Of a DNA stretch of 64,000 nt, positions 12,153 through 25,020 are shown piece by piece. Numbering within the stretch: the first letter of the stretch is position 1; every line of letters begins with the position of its first letter. Position numbers and translations under genes: made by a program. The notes beneath the pieces were generated by a model. It saw only the letters and a list, made by a program, of their open reading frames with translations. It did not search any database and was not told where the DNA came from. The DNA is from Neophaeotheca triangularis (Eukaryota), in contig BAAIJX010000014.1 in the NCBI GenBank assembly GCA_054600435.1, positions 124,001 through 188,000 on the forward strand. The letters are read 5' to 3'.

Positions 12153-13859
12153 TCAATTATGCGCCACAGGCTTCCGCTTGAACAACTTCCCCAACCCCCC
12201 ATGCTTCTTCTCCCCCTCCTTCCCATTACCACCATTTCCAGCATTGCTTTCTTGCGGTTGCAAATGCGGCTGCGCTTCCTTGTAAGGCCCGTAATGCTCC
12301 GGGGGCATCCCGCCGCCCGCGGGCCCGCCTGTGGTTGGAGGCTGTGGGTTCGCGGTTTGCGGCGGGCTTTGCTGTGGATTCTGGGACTGGGCGTATGGTA
12401 CGCCATATTCGGAAGGTTGAGGGCGGGAGTTTGGTGGAGATTGCGGAGGTGGTTGTTGCTGGGGGATCGGCGGTCGGCCCTGTTGGGGTTGAGGTTGGGT
12501 TTGGGGTACTGGAGGTTGGGGTTGTTGGGTTTGTTGTGGTGGTTGCATTAATGGTTTTTGGTCGTAGTAGCCGTAGTCATTGGGTGGGGGGCGGCTGGAG
12601 GGGTCGTAGCTTGGGGGAGCGCCGCCTCCATTTCCTCCTTGGTGAAATTGGTCGCGTTGGGCGGGATGAATGTTGGACTGGTTTTGTGGAGGTGGTGGTG
12701 GAGGAGAGGTGTTGAAATTGTCTGGAGGAGAGTGGGCGGGTTGTTGCTGGTCTTGTGGTGGTGGAGGATATCCTTGCTGCTGCTGATGGGGGCTGACGGA
12801 GGGCGCTAGACCGTTGCGAGCTCGCAAGCCTGCCATTTCTGTGCGCCCCTTCTCGAGGGCAGCTTGGTTTTTTGCGTCGGCTGCGGCGGCTTTTTTAGGG
12901 TTCGAGCGTGGCATTAGATGTCTGTCGCTTTCGCTGTTTAGGGTGCCTCGCAGAGTCTCCCCGACGCCCTGTTACTTGTTAGCAGGTGATACAAATGGTA
13001 CGCAGTTCTCGTGTCTCACATGTATTCCCATAGCGGCAGCTTTGAGGTTATGCATCGTGCCCCGGTTCCCAGCCTCATGCTCTGGCGGAGGGCCCCCAGT
13101 TGCCATGTTAGGTTGTGTCGGTGGGGGCTCCTGGCGATGGGGATAGCTAAAGTTGGTCTTTGCCGCTTGGCCTGCAGAGCCTTGCGACGCACTCTGCGCT
13201 GTGTGACCATAAGGACCTCCCGCAGGGGCCATCACTTGCTGGTTCTGGGGGCTCGTCTGTGATTGTGGGCTGACTGGGCTTTCCGCCGCGTCCATCGACC
13301 TCCTCCTTTGCGGGTTTCTCACAGGCACTGGCGGGCTGTCGTTTCCTCTACCCATCGGCGGCGCAGGAGATGGATTGGCAGGTAGCTCTTGTACTCCAGT
13401 ATTATTGCCTTGGCTAGCTGCGGTCGCAACAGGCTCCCCTCCATCCGTCTTTACTTCGGTCTTCAGCTCCTTCTTCCCTCCAGGCCTATGTGTGGTCGTA
13501 GTCGTCGTAGTCGTCGTAGTTGTGACGACCGTCTCGCCGGTATCCTCGTCAAAGACATCCCCCGTGGACTTGTTATACGCGAGACTGCGGTCCTCGTCCA
13601 CGCCGTCTATTTGGCCGGTATTATCCACATGGACGATATTTTCCCCAGAGGCGCCCTTGTTCGCACTCTCGCTACTTCCATAGGCCGAGTCGTGGTAGGA
13701 CTCTTGCGACGGACGCAGATACTGTGATTTCCCCTCATCGCCGCGACTGATGTGTTGGTCGGTCTTTTTGGGAGGTTCCTTACCCTCACTGCCAGAGCCG
13801 CCTGAGCCAAAGATGCGGCCTAGCTTGGACTTCTTCTCCTTTTCCTGAGTCGGGGACAT
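12153..13859 (-). CDS. Conserved fungal hypothetical protein with Pro/Gln-rich tail; 2 exons, intron 12969-13019
   Basis: ATG 13859 (MSPTQEKEKK). Intron GTGAGA...GCTAAC...CAG joins NLKAAAMGIH to GVGETLRGTLN...AKNQAALEKGR, a motif I recognise from uncharacterised ascomycete proteins. Confidence 0.8.
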
Positions 13860-14879
13860 GGTGAATGCTGAGCAGTGCTGAGAACGCTTGAAACAGGTGT
13901 CCGAGGAAAAGGGAAACTGGCAGTATATGGGAGAGTGGTCATCTTCACGACTCGTCACAAGATGTGGCCGGTCATAGTACGAACGCCATGCCATCAACCC
14001 TGCAACCCCTCGCTTGGAACTTGGAAGCTGGCTGCACATGACGTAGCTGGCCCCGAAACTTTACTGCCGCAAAGTGAATGTTGGCCTCAGTCATCCATCA
14101 TCGTCGCTTTCCACATCAACATCACATCCTGAGGAAGACTATGAGGCAATAACATTGCTATGGATCAGGACTATCGGGAAATTCGATTTTTTCAACATGG
14201 GTATGCCCGTCTGGAACTGGCAATGCAGAGCCTGTCGTGTACTTGGTTTGACGACACCCCGAGGTCTGGAAGGCTTGAGCAACTCTCCCTACCCGTGCCG
14301 ATGGTCTCCTCGAAGGGCCTGAATAGCATTTCCTGTCCACACATTTTTTCTTTTTCAGGCCCTGCCAATAGCAGCTGAAGTAGGCTGACGAAAAGCCTGC
14401 GTGGAAGACGTTATGCATCACATCAACTGGAGGAGCCTTCAAAGAGGCATCCACGTGGTGGAGACGCATTAACACGACACGTAGGGTCAAAGGGCTATAT
14501 TCCTTGAAGCATTCGTCTAGAATTATCATCCTGCGTTGAGGATTTAATGAGCCATCCTTTGCGGTCTCTATGCAGCTTGCGCAGACGGTATGACTTCAAG
14601 TAACCCACCATTATACTGCTGAAGGCGACGGCGTCCGCAGCCATTTTGGGGTCAAACATAAGGCAATGAAGCATAACTTGAGCGAATGGAAGAAGCTTAG
14701 TATAGTCTTCACCGGCTGCTTTTGCCTCAGTCACCAATCCTGCATCTGCATGTGACGATAAGCACTCGATTGGATGAGGATACCCATCGGTGGATCTGCG
14801 CGGACATAGAACAAAAGACACGAATCGATGTAGTGCAAATGCTATCACAGCGTCGAGTAACCCCTGGACTCTTGTTAAG

Positions 14880-15934
14880 GCCGTAAGATCGAATACTGGC
14901 TCTCGAAATTGGTGCCGGAAGGTTGTAAGCTGTAGATCATCGAAACCATCTTGATCGTCGTAGTTGTTTGCAACGCCACCAAGACGATTTGTATGCTCGT
15001 AGCTTTATGGATAGGCAAGACGCCTACTCTAGTCACTTCGGGAGACGCCGTTGCAGGCTACCTCGACCGACCAGACGAGCTGGCAAACCATCTGTGTTTG
15101 TCATCCAAAAGGGATGTCATCGCCGGTCGTATATCCAAACGACCAGACCATCAAACCTCCGGCCATCTGTATCACAACGTCAGACAACGCTGGCTCACCA
15201 CCGTCGGCTTGCGGCGCTGGTTATCAAGGCTAAGCCTTTGCATCCTGGCTCTGGTGACTGGTTTGTCGGTACTGGGAATTCCGGCTCTCCTCGCCCATGT
15301 TCTTTTGGCCAATCTGCCTCAGGCGATCGTATCTTTCCCGTACTTTTTGTATAACGGCGTTCTCACGAGCATGCTTTTGGCGCACGAGTGGAGCGCCTAC
15401 GCAGTCCATCGTAAAGGTCTGCGAGTTACCGTGGAGCGCGGCGCACAAAGAAGCACCTACTGGCTACAATTGCCCTACGAATACGGCGTTTCACTCATCA
15501 CAGCTATGACGGTCTTGCATACACTTATCTCGCAGGCGATTTCCCTCAATAAGATAGATCTGGGAAGGGAGGGATACAAGTATCCGGAACGGAGTCTCGT
15601 GGCGGCGGGCTTGAGTTCCGCAGCCATTCTTGCGTGTATCGTCATCGGCTCGATCATGCTCCTAGTATTGTTGGGCCTAGGTTTCCGCAAATTTCCAAGC
15701 GCCATGCCAGTCGCTGGATACTGCAGTTTCGCCATAGCAGCGGCTTGTCATCCACCGGTGGACGATGTCGATGCAGCTTTCCTGCCGGTCCAGTGGGGAG
15801 CTGTGAAGATCGGAGATAAAGACGGCCAGTGCTCTTTCACGTCACAAGAGGTCAGCGAACTTATACCGGGCCGACGATATGCTGGATGGAGCGGGGGCGA
15901 AGATGGGACCAGGGGAGCTAGGAGGCGGCGGTGA
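14880..15934 (+). pseudogene. Truncated/disrupted fungal multi-pass membrane protein gene (DUF6536-associated family)
   Basis: LLANLPQAIVSFPYFLYNGVLTSMLLAHEW..RKGLRVT..GAQRSTYWLQLPY and CSFAIAAACHPP..VQWG are family-typical. The upstream frame IEYWLS..EGCKL*II has an in-frame TAG at 14933-14935 and TAA at 14876-14878; no proper N-terminal part found. Confidence 0.65.
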
Positions 15935-16408
15935 ACGACGAGATTCCGAACGGTTTATATCTCACTTTCCTTTCGCATATCGTGACTGGGCGCTGTCTTA
16001 GGCACTTTCGTCATGGAGTGCTTATCAGAGCGCATATTAATCCAGGCGTCCAAAAGAGCGCGATGCCGGAATTTAATGTTGCTTTTGTACCGCACTGATT
16101 CTAGGTACTTGAAGACAGGCTCGTTTAGTTTTCAGTAAGGATAGGAGAGCTTTAAAGCCGTTCGCGCTTTGGCACTGATTGCTGTTTTTTCAAGGCAAGA
16201 TCTGTGGAAACATGTTGTCGAGGGAGCTTGTCTGCGATAGAGAATCGTGATGACCACACTGCCGCTCAAACACAGTCACGAAAATCAGCCCCTTGCTGTC
16301 CGTCGCATCAATAACCTATAGGGCAGCATGGTTAAATGATGGCAAACAACGTTATTGGTCTAGAGTATCTACACTTGCCAAAAGACACCCATCGCCACCC
16401 AGGCCCCC

Positions 16409-17648
16409 TTACTCACTCTTCATAACAGTCCGATTAGCCAACTCGGCAAACTGCTTAAACTCCACAACATCCCCCAAGCCCTTCCCCTTCTGTCCCCCAT
16501 CAACCGTCACACTCGCAGGCGCAACCATCTTCCCATCGGCCGCAAGCAGCGCCAACCTCGCCCCAGGCTCAGCCGCACTCTTCTTAAAAACAACCAACGG
16601 CTCCGTCAACCTAACCAATTGCTCATTGTACTCACCCTCAACCACCTTCCAAGGCCCCTGGTACACGATCCGCTTCCGGCTATCCGGCTCGCCAGGTCGA
16701 CGCATAAACCGCTTGTCGTAGACGACGTCATCCCACAACCTGCCCAGCACGCGGTCGCGCTTGATGAGTTCCTCGGAGCTCCAGCGGGACCAATCGACCT
16801 TGCGGTCCTCGGGCGTGATCTTCGCCGCGTGCACCAAACCTTGCCCGCTCTGCGAATCGTTCGCCACCACGCTTTGCACCGGGGGCACAAAAATGCCCTC
16901 CTCGATGCTTTTGCACAGAATTTCCGCGCCCATGGGTCCGAGAACTTGTAACAAGCTCTCCACGGTGCCTTCAGCGGGTACGGCGACTTCCTCGCGTTTC
17001 AGTACGGTCCCGCGGTCGAAAGCAACCTGGCTTAGTGTTTGCAGACTGACGCCGGAAGTTTGGCGGTCGGCTAGTAAGGTGCGATGGAGAGGCGCCGGGC
17101 CCCGGAAGTCGGGGAGTAGGGAAGGGTGGATGTTTAGACCGCCGTAGGTGGTGTTCTGGAGCAGGTTTGCGGGAATGAAGAGGCCGAAGGAGACGGCGAT
17201 GATGAGATTGATGGGTTTGTTATTCGGCAAGGGCGGGGTCCAGGAGGCAAAGGTGTCGAGGGTGTGGGTCAGGAGGGAGAGGGATTGGGAGAGGGGCTTT
17301 ATGGGGACTTTTGATTCATATGTTAGGGTGTTGTTTGTTTTGGTTTTGGGTTCCATGGCGAGTTCTCGCGTGGGATTTCGAACCTTCTTGCGTTTGTTTC
17401 AGTCCTCGACCGACGCGTTTGTCCGGCCGACAGACGACGTCTATGGACTCGATGATCTCGGGTCTGCGCTTTTGCAGGTCCGCGAGAGCGCGGAGAGAGT
17501 AGTTGCTGAATTCATCTGCACCGCAAAAGAGAATGCGCAGGGGTTCGAAAGACTTGTTAGAGCTGTAAAAGCGGGACTGTGTCTTAGGGACATTGCGCTG
17601 GAAAGACTGGACGACAAACAGACGGCTGCTTGCCCAGAGTAGTGACAT
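16409..17648 (-). CDS. FMT1: Mitochondrial methionyl-tRNA formyltransferase; 2 exons, intron 17308-17383
   Basis: LRILFCGADEFS, VVCRPDKRVGRGLK|VPIK, IIAVSFGLFIP, GGLNIHPSLLPDFRGPAPL, HAAKITPED. Intron GTTCGA...CCTAAC...AAG keeps the frame. Confidence 0.93.
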
Positions 17649-19001
17649 TGTTGGGGTTGGGCAATCGGCACGTGATGGGGTTTGGGGAGGTGAAGTTGGG
17701 GTTTGCGGGATTGGTGTGGAGAGCTTTTGGTGGCGGAGATGGCCCGTGCCCTTGGATATAATAGTGGTATCTTTGGCGTGGGCAAAATGGAGCCATGCCG
17801 ACGCCTTTGGGGCTTACATTACGCCTTTATAGAATACTGTTCTCATGGCGGTCGCTCCGTGAAGAACAAACGCCAAACACACCTCTCGTCAGTTTCGATT
17901 TCGAGTTTGCGTTGCACGAATACGTCGAGGGGAACTTGCCAAAGGCACTCCCTATGCCTGTCTACTTCGATCGCCATAATTTCTTTGATTTTCAGACTAT
18001 TGCCTACATGGAGTTATTGCAAATAGTCTCCAGCCGTGAAGGGCTATAGAGGGATTTTACTTAACTCAGAACTACCATGGACTCTCGTTCACAGAAAACC
18101 AAAAGAAAGCCCACCACTCAAACCTCGCAAACAGCAAACGGCAAATAGCAAACAACGAAACAAAAGGACACACACACATGACAAAAGTCGCATTGGGGAG
18201 CATCCAAAATGGTAATCGGCGCAATGGGTCATAGATTGGCTGCTTTGGGCTAGGTAGGTATGCTGCGTCTGGGAGTTCCGTATCCAATCTCTTTCCTCTC
18301 TCTCGGGCCGTACGGGCGCTATGGCTGGCTGGGTTCAATCGATCCAAAACATAAAGGAGCGTATCCGCTACAGTTGATGTAGACGTGCAAAATCGAATGG
18401 AATGATCAAAGGCACACGCACGCACGCACGCACGGTTGGTCGGTCGGTCGATCAAGAGAGATGGCGCGTGGTGGGGCGCACTTCTTCTGTGGCTGCTTTC
18501 TTCTTCTCTCGAGAGCCTGTTGGTAGGCCTGGTCGGCTGCTGCTGTAGTGTTTTAGCTTGCTTGTCTTTTGCTGCTGCGCCGCGGGCGTTTTTCTGGTTC
18601 TCTGGTCTAAAAGCTCTAAGAATCAATGCTCCCCTCTTTTCTCCCCTCCTCGCAGTATACCTCTAGTAGTGATGTAAATAGTCTAGCAAGCCCCCTTCAA
18701 GACGCCGTCCGTCCGCATGACTGTAGCATTACCGGCCGTCCCAGCTCTTTCGTCGTGTCCGATCTTGAGATGTATGCCCAGTGCCCCGATGATGCTTTTT
18801 CGCCTGCCAACCAGTAAAACGCCCTATCTCCAGTGTAAGCCCCCAAGTATCGCTAAAACGCTCGCCACAATATGCACAAAGTTGAGTTGGCTGAGAGTGG
18901 TCCAAAAGCACAATCAACCCAGACAACCCAGCAATCAAGCAATACAAGAGAGAGAAAGGAAATCGACAGCCCCTCCTCCACCACCCTCACCCCTCCCACT
19001 C

Positions 19002-19577
19002 CTAACGCGCCCCCATCTTCTCCCTCCTCGCCTGCTCCCTCTGCTCAGCAAAAACCTCACGACTAATGGCCAAAACCCTCTCAAACCCCTCCCTCCCCTT
19101 TGCCGCATTCTGCCTGAACCGCTCAACAGTAAAATCCTCAATCCCATTCTTAATCTTCTGCCACCCACCACAGAGGGCAATGATCTTGGCCGTCTGATCA
19201 AACCTCGTACAGCCGGCATTCAGCTTACTGGGACTGTAAGTGACCGTCTCCTGCACGCTGAGCAAATCATTCCACGTCATGTTCTGGGAGCACATTGTGA
19301 CTTTCTTGGCCGCCGGGTCGACGTAGCTGATTTCGTAGACGAGGCTCGTTTCGTCGCTGCCGAAGATGGAGCGCAGCCATTTCGGGGCGGATTGCTTGCA
19401 GGTTATGAGCCGCTCGGTGCGGAGGATGTTGGTGGCCGGGTCGAGGGCGCGGGAGAGTGTGTCAACGCCAATGACGTGCGTGGATTTGTCGTTCCACGGG
19501 CAGTATTTGCGCCAGTTTCCCGTGCTCACTTCTTCCCAAGAGTAGGCGAATTCGTGGTTGGAGGAGTAGAACTTCAT
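19002..19577 (-). CDS. UPS2: PRELI/MSF1-domain mitochondrial intermembrane lipid-transfer protein (Ups2-like)
   Basis: MKFYSSNHEFAYSWEEVSTGNWRKYCPWN..STHVIGVDTLSR..ILRTERLITCKQSAPKW..ERFRQNAAKGREGFERVL; ATG at 19577. Confidence 0.88.
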   Translation of the reverse strand: MKFYSSNHEFAYSWEEVSTGNWRKYCPWNDKSTHVIGVDTLSRALDPATNILRTERLITCKQSAPKWLRSIFGSDETSLVYEISYVDPAAKKVTMCSQNMTWNDLLSVQETVTYSPSKLNAGCTRFDQTAKIIALCGGWQKIKNGIEDFTVERFRQNAAKGREGFERVLAISREVFAEQREQARREKMGAR

Positions 19578-20665
19578 GGTGGCGTTTCGAGTGGGTGGTG
19601 GTGGTGTGGGTGTTGCTTTTGTTGGCCGAAGCGGCGAGGGTGCCCGTCTTCTTGTTGCAAAATGAGATGGCTTAGGGCCCTTGAATGAGATCAAAGGCCG
19701 GTGTCTCCGTTCGAGGTCGTGTGAGTTGCTCGTGTGAGGTCGGCGGTAGTGTTGGGAAGACGAACGAGAGCAGGAAAAAGGAAAGTTGATCTCAAGCAAG
19801 CTTCCCCTCTGCAATAATGCAAGGCAACGCTTAGCGCCTTGGGTGAATAGATGTAGATGTAACTAGGAGTTAGCAGGAGTTTAGTAGGTAGTTAGGTAGT
19901 AGGTAGTAGTGAAGCTGAAAGGCACAGGCACAGACGAGAGGCAATAATAATTCCACAAGTCGATTTCGCCTGCAAGGGGCCCGGAGCCTAGAAGCGAAGC
20001 AGCCGAAGCCAACCAACCCGGTTCTTTGCCGCGCCGAGATGCGCCACTTTTCTCCTCCCACCTCCTCCCGCTTTCAGCCTAGGTAAGGTACCTACCTTAT
20101 ACTCTAGGTTTTGTCTCAGAGTGACATCTTTGGATTTCTGTCACGTGCAACGGACGACACTCCGAGGCACACCCCAAACACCAGGGTAGACTTTACCTAA
20201 CACAGGCGACGGCAGCAAGGGCAATAGAGCGGACAAACTCTAGAGCTGGAAGACTTTCGTCCGTGATCGCAACGACATCGACGAATAATAATGCATCTCA
20301 ACCTACCCTTATTATTCTCGCGTCCAAGAGCCCCCACGCACCTGTAAAAGGGACCAAACTACTGGCGCAGGCAAATGGCTCGATGACCTGCATAAACGCC
20401 AAGGTACTGCATGTATACAAAGAACGCTTCACTCAAGCAGAAGCCGCTCTACCCGATGCCAGGACCGGCCAGACGCAATCCGTAGTACCGAGACATAAAA
20501 GATGTGACACTCAATCGTGAGACAATGCAAGATAGCATAGTAGCAAAATCTACTAGTAGCCATTTACTCGCGATACCAACTGCAGCAGTACAACTAGCTA
20601 CTCCACACCAACCCCCAATCCCTCCCGTTTCCTATCTTGTTCCACAATCACAATCAAAATCAAAA

Positions 20666-23600
20666 TCAACCGGCACTGGTATCCATCTCCTCCCCCTCCC
20701 CTCCCCTCTTCGCAGCCTTCCTCCCAGCAATCCACTCATCAATCCTCGCCTTCATCTCCACATCCGGCAACACGTCCTCAATCCGTAGAGGCGTACGATT
20801 AAAAGGGTCGGTAGGATCACTCAACAAGTGACTCCGAATCGTACTCCGATCGACCGTGTTGCGCGAACGCGGCAGGATGACGGGATCGCGCATGAGGTCC
20901 GAGAGGAGGGGGTCCAAGAACTCATCGGGCACCTCGCCCAAATCTTCTTCCTCTTGCTCTTCGGCGGCTTTGGTGGCGGCGACGTTGGAGGAAAGCTCCG
21001 ACCAGATGCGCAGCTCGTCGGGGGATTTGAGGGAGAAGCGCTTCATGATGGTTTTCGCGGCTTCGAAATTGGCCGGGCGGTAGGAGCGGCCGTCGCGTGC
21101 GATGGCCGTGGCGAAAGATTGCTTGGTGCTGAGGTTTTGGTAGACTTTCATAATGTCGCACAGAAGCATTTTGGGGTCGAAACCATAGTCGGACGGGTTT
21201 TCGACTTTGAGGTTGGAGCTTCGCGGCCCGACCATGATGTCGAGGTTGTAGTCGAGCATGTCGGCCAAGCGTGTCACGATTTCTGGCATTGTGAAGGCGT
21301 CGGCTAGGGCTTCAGTGAAGAGGATCAGCGTTTCCATGGATTCGCGCGCCAGGCCCATGTAGGATTTCGCTTGGCTTTTGGTTTGGTCGAGATTTTCTTG
21401 CTTTTCCTTGCGTTCTTCTTCGCGGAGTGAGCCTGGCATGCGGTTGGCGTCGCTGAGTTCTTTGGTCAGGTCGTGGATCTTGACAAAAGAGCTGAGGGCC
21501 TCGTCAAGGACAAAGGTCGCGTCGTTGACCAGCATGTTGACAAATTGCACGAAGAAGTCGGTGTTGACTCTCGCTTCCTTGGCCAGGTTGTCGCGATACA
21601 TGGTGTTTGGCCAGATGCACTTGATGACCATGAAAATCTCGTAGCGGATATTGAATTTGTCGTAGAATTGAGTATGAGTGCCGGTGCTTTCCGCCTCAAT
21701 ATAGAACCTCATGAGCGCGTGCAGTAGGTGTTTGTGTGCGAACTCGGACCCGTTCAGCAAATCACCCAGGACACCTCTTGACTGATTGTAAAAGGGCTGG
21801 ACACCGTAGAAGAGGATGGTGACGAGACCAGACTTGACACCAGGGTTCTTGACATACTCGGTGCAACGCAAAAAGGTAATGCAGACCTGCATAATTTCCT
21901 CGCACTGCGGTCCGGTGATGATCCAGGGCATGTGGCTGGTGATGAACTTGAAATTGTCGACAATGTCCTCGAGGAAATACTCCGGTAGATACTTGATCAT
22001 GTCGGGCTGCTCCTCGGGAAGAGGGAGTTGGAGTTTTTGACGTGGCAGATCTTGCTTGGAAGCCAGGCGCAAGATCCAGACAATTACATATCGCATAAAC
22101 TGCATCGAACGCGCTTGGTTCAGGTCATCCAGCAAAACACCAGTGATGGCGTGGATTGTGCTCCAGTTGTCGTCAATGGTCTTTTTCAGACGCTTGACGT
22201 GCTCCTCGAAGCGAGCCAGATAGCGCGGGTCGTTGATGTACTTGTGCCTCTCCGTTTCCACAGCCACCTCATCCTTCTCCATGCGCTTCACCGTCTTACG
22301 CAAAGTCTGCATGCGGGTCTGCGCCGACTCGGTGCCGTAGTGATGGGCTGCCACAGTCAAGAAGAAGACCTCGGAGATGAAATTACTCGTTCCTCCCGCC
22401 TTTTGAGAGTAAAACTCATCCGAAGCCGCCTGATCCACGTTGATCTTGGTCTCATCCGAGATGTCAACACGAGGGCTGCGGCGGAGATATTCAAAATCAA
22501 TTTTCTCGATCTTGCTGAAGGTGGCATCCATGAAGGGGTCGCACAGCTGGTCGAGTGTGTTGGTCAAGTTGACCATGAAGCCATCACTCGAGACCGTCTT
22601 GTAGTCCACGCGCATCGCCCGTCTCTTATGGTTCTTGTTCACGCACGCCGCCATCCAGTCCAGCATTCGACCTCGAGGCGCAGGACCTGCCTTGATGAAA
22701 GCGTCCGTGATGGTAAACAGGTCCAACTGATGTGTTCGAAGCGACATCCTCAGCGCATTTTGTGCGTTCGAGATATATGCCTTATCACGCGACCTAGGCA
22801 CCGAGAAGTAATTGACAGCGACATCCGTTTGCATTGGCGACAGTCGGAAGAAAGGACCGAGTATAGTAGCCGTCTCAACGTTTTGAGCTTCTATGCCGTC
22901 AGGCAACCAACTAGGGGACTGCGTGAGAGCTTCCACGATCTTCGGATACCGTACCAGATTCCGCAAGGCCAAGACGTAGCTTTGGTAATCGTCCAGCATG
23001 CTCTTCGCAGCCAGCTGCGCGCACAACTGCTCGGTCGAGTTGATAACAGTCTCCTTGATCGTAGTATCTTCATCATCAAACTGAGCAACAGCCTCATTCA
23101 AAAAGTCCGTATCAATGCCCAAGTCCGATTCCGGCTCTTTCAGCATGTGTTCGACCAGCGGATTCGTCGTGTGAACTCTATCTTCCCCATACATCTCCGA
23201 CATGGTGACAGAGAAGATGCAGTAGCTCATGCATAACCTCCTAGCCTCCTTCAGCATCTCCACCTTCTTCTCGTCCCCCTTCGCACTACGCAGATGTCTC
23301 GAGCACCTCTTGAAGCACGCGAGCAAATACTCAAAGGGCTTCCTACCAGGCTCCAGACCTGCAGCTTCTGGAATCGCCGTGTCCATCGCCGTGACCGAGA
23401 GTTTCAAAGGCGCATTCTGCTCCTCGAGATCCTCCCTTATGCTCTGAAGGTAAACCAGCTTATAATTGTGCGCATCTTGAGTCTGTTCGGGGTTGAGAGT
23501 GGCTCGGAGAATATTGCTCAGCACCCTATGCTGCCAATCTTCGAAGCTCTCCTGTGGCTTCTCAGCAGGTCGCGGTCTCTCTGCGCCATTCGCCTCTCTC

Positions 23601-23964
23601 TTTGGCGCATTGTTCGCCGGCCGCACATTAATCTTCACCGGCGCCTTCTCTTTCTTCTTCTCCCCTCCAGCACTGTTGTCTCGCAAAAGAGAGGATCCCT
23701 TGGAAGAAGCGGAAGGTGATTTCGGCGGTTCCGGTTCTTTGGGGGTGTCATTGGAAGCGGGAGCGGAATCTGAGGTTGATGGGGAACCGTTTGGCGCTGG
23801 AGAAGCAGAAGGGCTTCCTCCATTTTGCTGGTTAGGTATGAGGCCCAGCTTAGCCATGCGCTTCATGCGGATCTGCAATACAAGGTCAGAATTGGGGCGT
23901 TCGCGGTTTGTGAATGTGAGGTCTGTATGCTGACCTTGTCCGCGTCCGAAGTCTCGTCGCCCAT
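20666..23964 (-). CDS. UFD2: Ubiquitin conjugation factor E4 (U-box); 2 exons, intron 23873-23934
   Basis: Exon 1 MGDETSDADK + IRMKRMAKLG; core ESTGTHTQFYDKFNIRYEI; U-box VPDEFLDPLLSDLMRDPVILP..DRSTIRSHLLSDPTDPFNR; intron GTCAGC...CTGAC...CAG. Confidence 0.96.
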
Positions 23965-25020
23965 GCTTACTCTCGAGATAGAAAGTGCAATGGGAGAAAA
24001 TCAAGACACGCCTCAAAGACGTTGATGGTGTGCGTCAGGTCCTAGCCAGCCAGCAGTCGGCGATGTAATGTTGTCTCGTCGGTGGCGCCGTGCTTTCAAT
24101 AGTTGAACAAGATGGCGACAACGCTATGGTTGAACTCGGATAGTAACTTGGCGTTGTTGATATTCTCGTCTCCAGCCTCTGCCTTAGCTTGAAGATTGTG
24201 GACGGTGATAAAGTAAAGTAGAAGTATTAAGGTAGTAGATGGATGGAGCTGGAGTTCAACAAGGCGCACTGGCTTAAGGCATCATAGCTGCTCTTATCAG
24301 AGATAAGGATTTCTTGGCAAGAGTGGTAAGTGACCTCAGAAGAGTTATTATTAAGCCCAGAAAGAATCGATGAGTACGGTACCTACATAATCATCATCAA
24401 AAATTCGCTTACAGCGCTTTAGTAGGAATAGAACCCCGCCTCAACTAGCCCTCGAAAGGGACAGCGGCAGTAATAGTACAAGAGAAAACATTAAGCCACC
24501 CTCAGATAACAACGTCGCCAATGCCCTCATAGCACTACAACAACACTGGGCCGGCAACGATGCCACCCGTCTTCTCCTCTACTTTCCACTACTCCAAGCC
24601 ATTCCGTCTGCTCATGGAAGCTGCAAAAGAAAATTCCCAAGTCGCGTCCATGATCGAGTATGCACAAAGACGTGGCTCGAAACGAAATAAAAGAATCAAA
24701 AAGCAAACCCAACCACATGCACATCCATGTCTGTAAGACTTTCATACCCCACCAGAGATGAAGCAGTCAGGCCCGGCCGGCGACGCGCTGAAAGCTCCGA
24801 GATTTATTTGGAAGCCCCTCGAGCACGCCCCATGACAACGACGATGGTGATGGAATGTCTGTAACCCGAGCCCAAGTAGTGATTGATGTGAAAGAATGCG
24901 CCAGCCATGACCTCGTGAAAGTACCGATACGCCAGTAAGCTCGAATCTCCGCTTTGCGAACGAAAAGACCGCGAAAATTCAGCCAAAACGCTGGCGTATA
25001 GTCTTGCTTCGAGCTTTGCT

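Noticed and set aside
1..16000. Esterase + Zn2Cys6 factor + acetyltransferase fold + ARO2 as a secondary-metabolite cluster
   Set aside because: No PKS, NRPS or terpene backbone gene in the window, and the genes are interleaved with housekeeping genes
22028..23236. 402-aa plus-strand ORF within UFD2
   Set aside because: Antisense shadow with no independent coding signal
23965..24016. ORF-track N-terminus of UFD2 (MRRVLIF...)
   Set aside because: Reads through intron 23873-23934; the spliced model from ATG 23964 is more plausible
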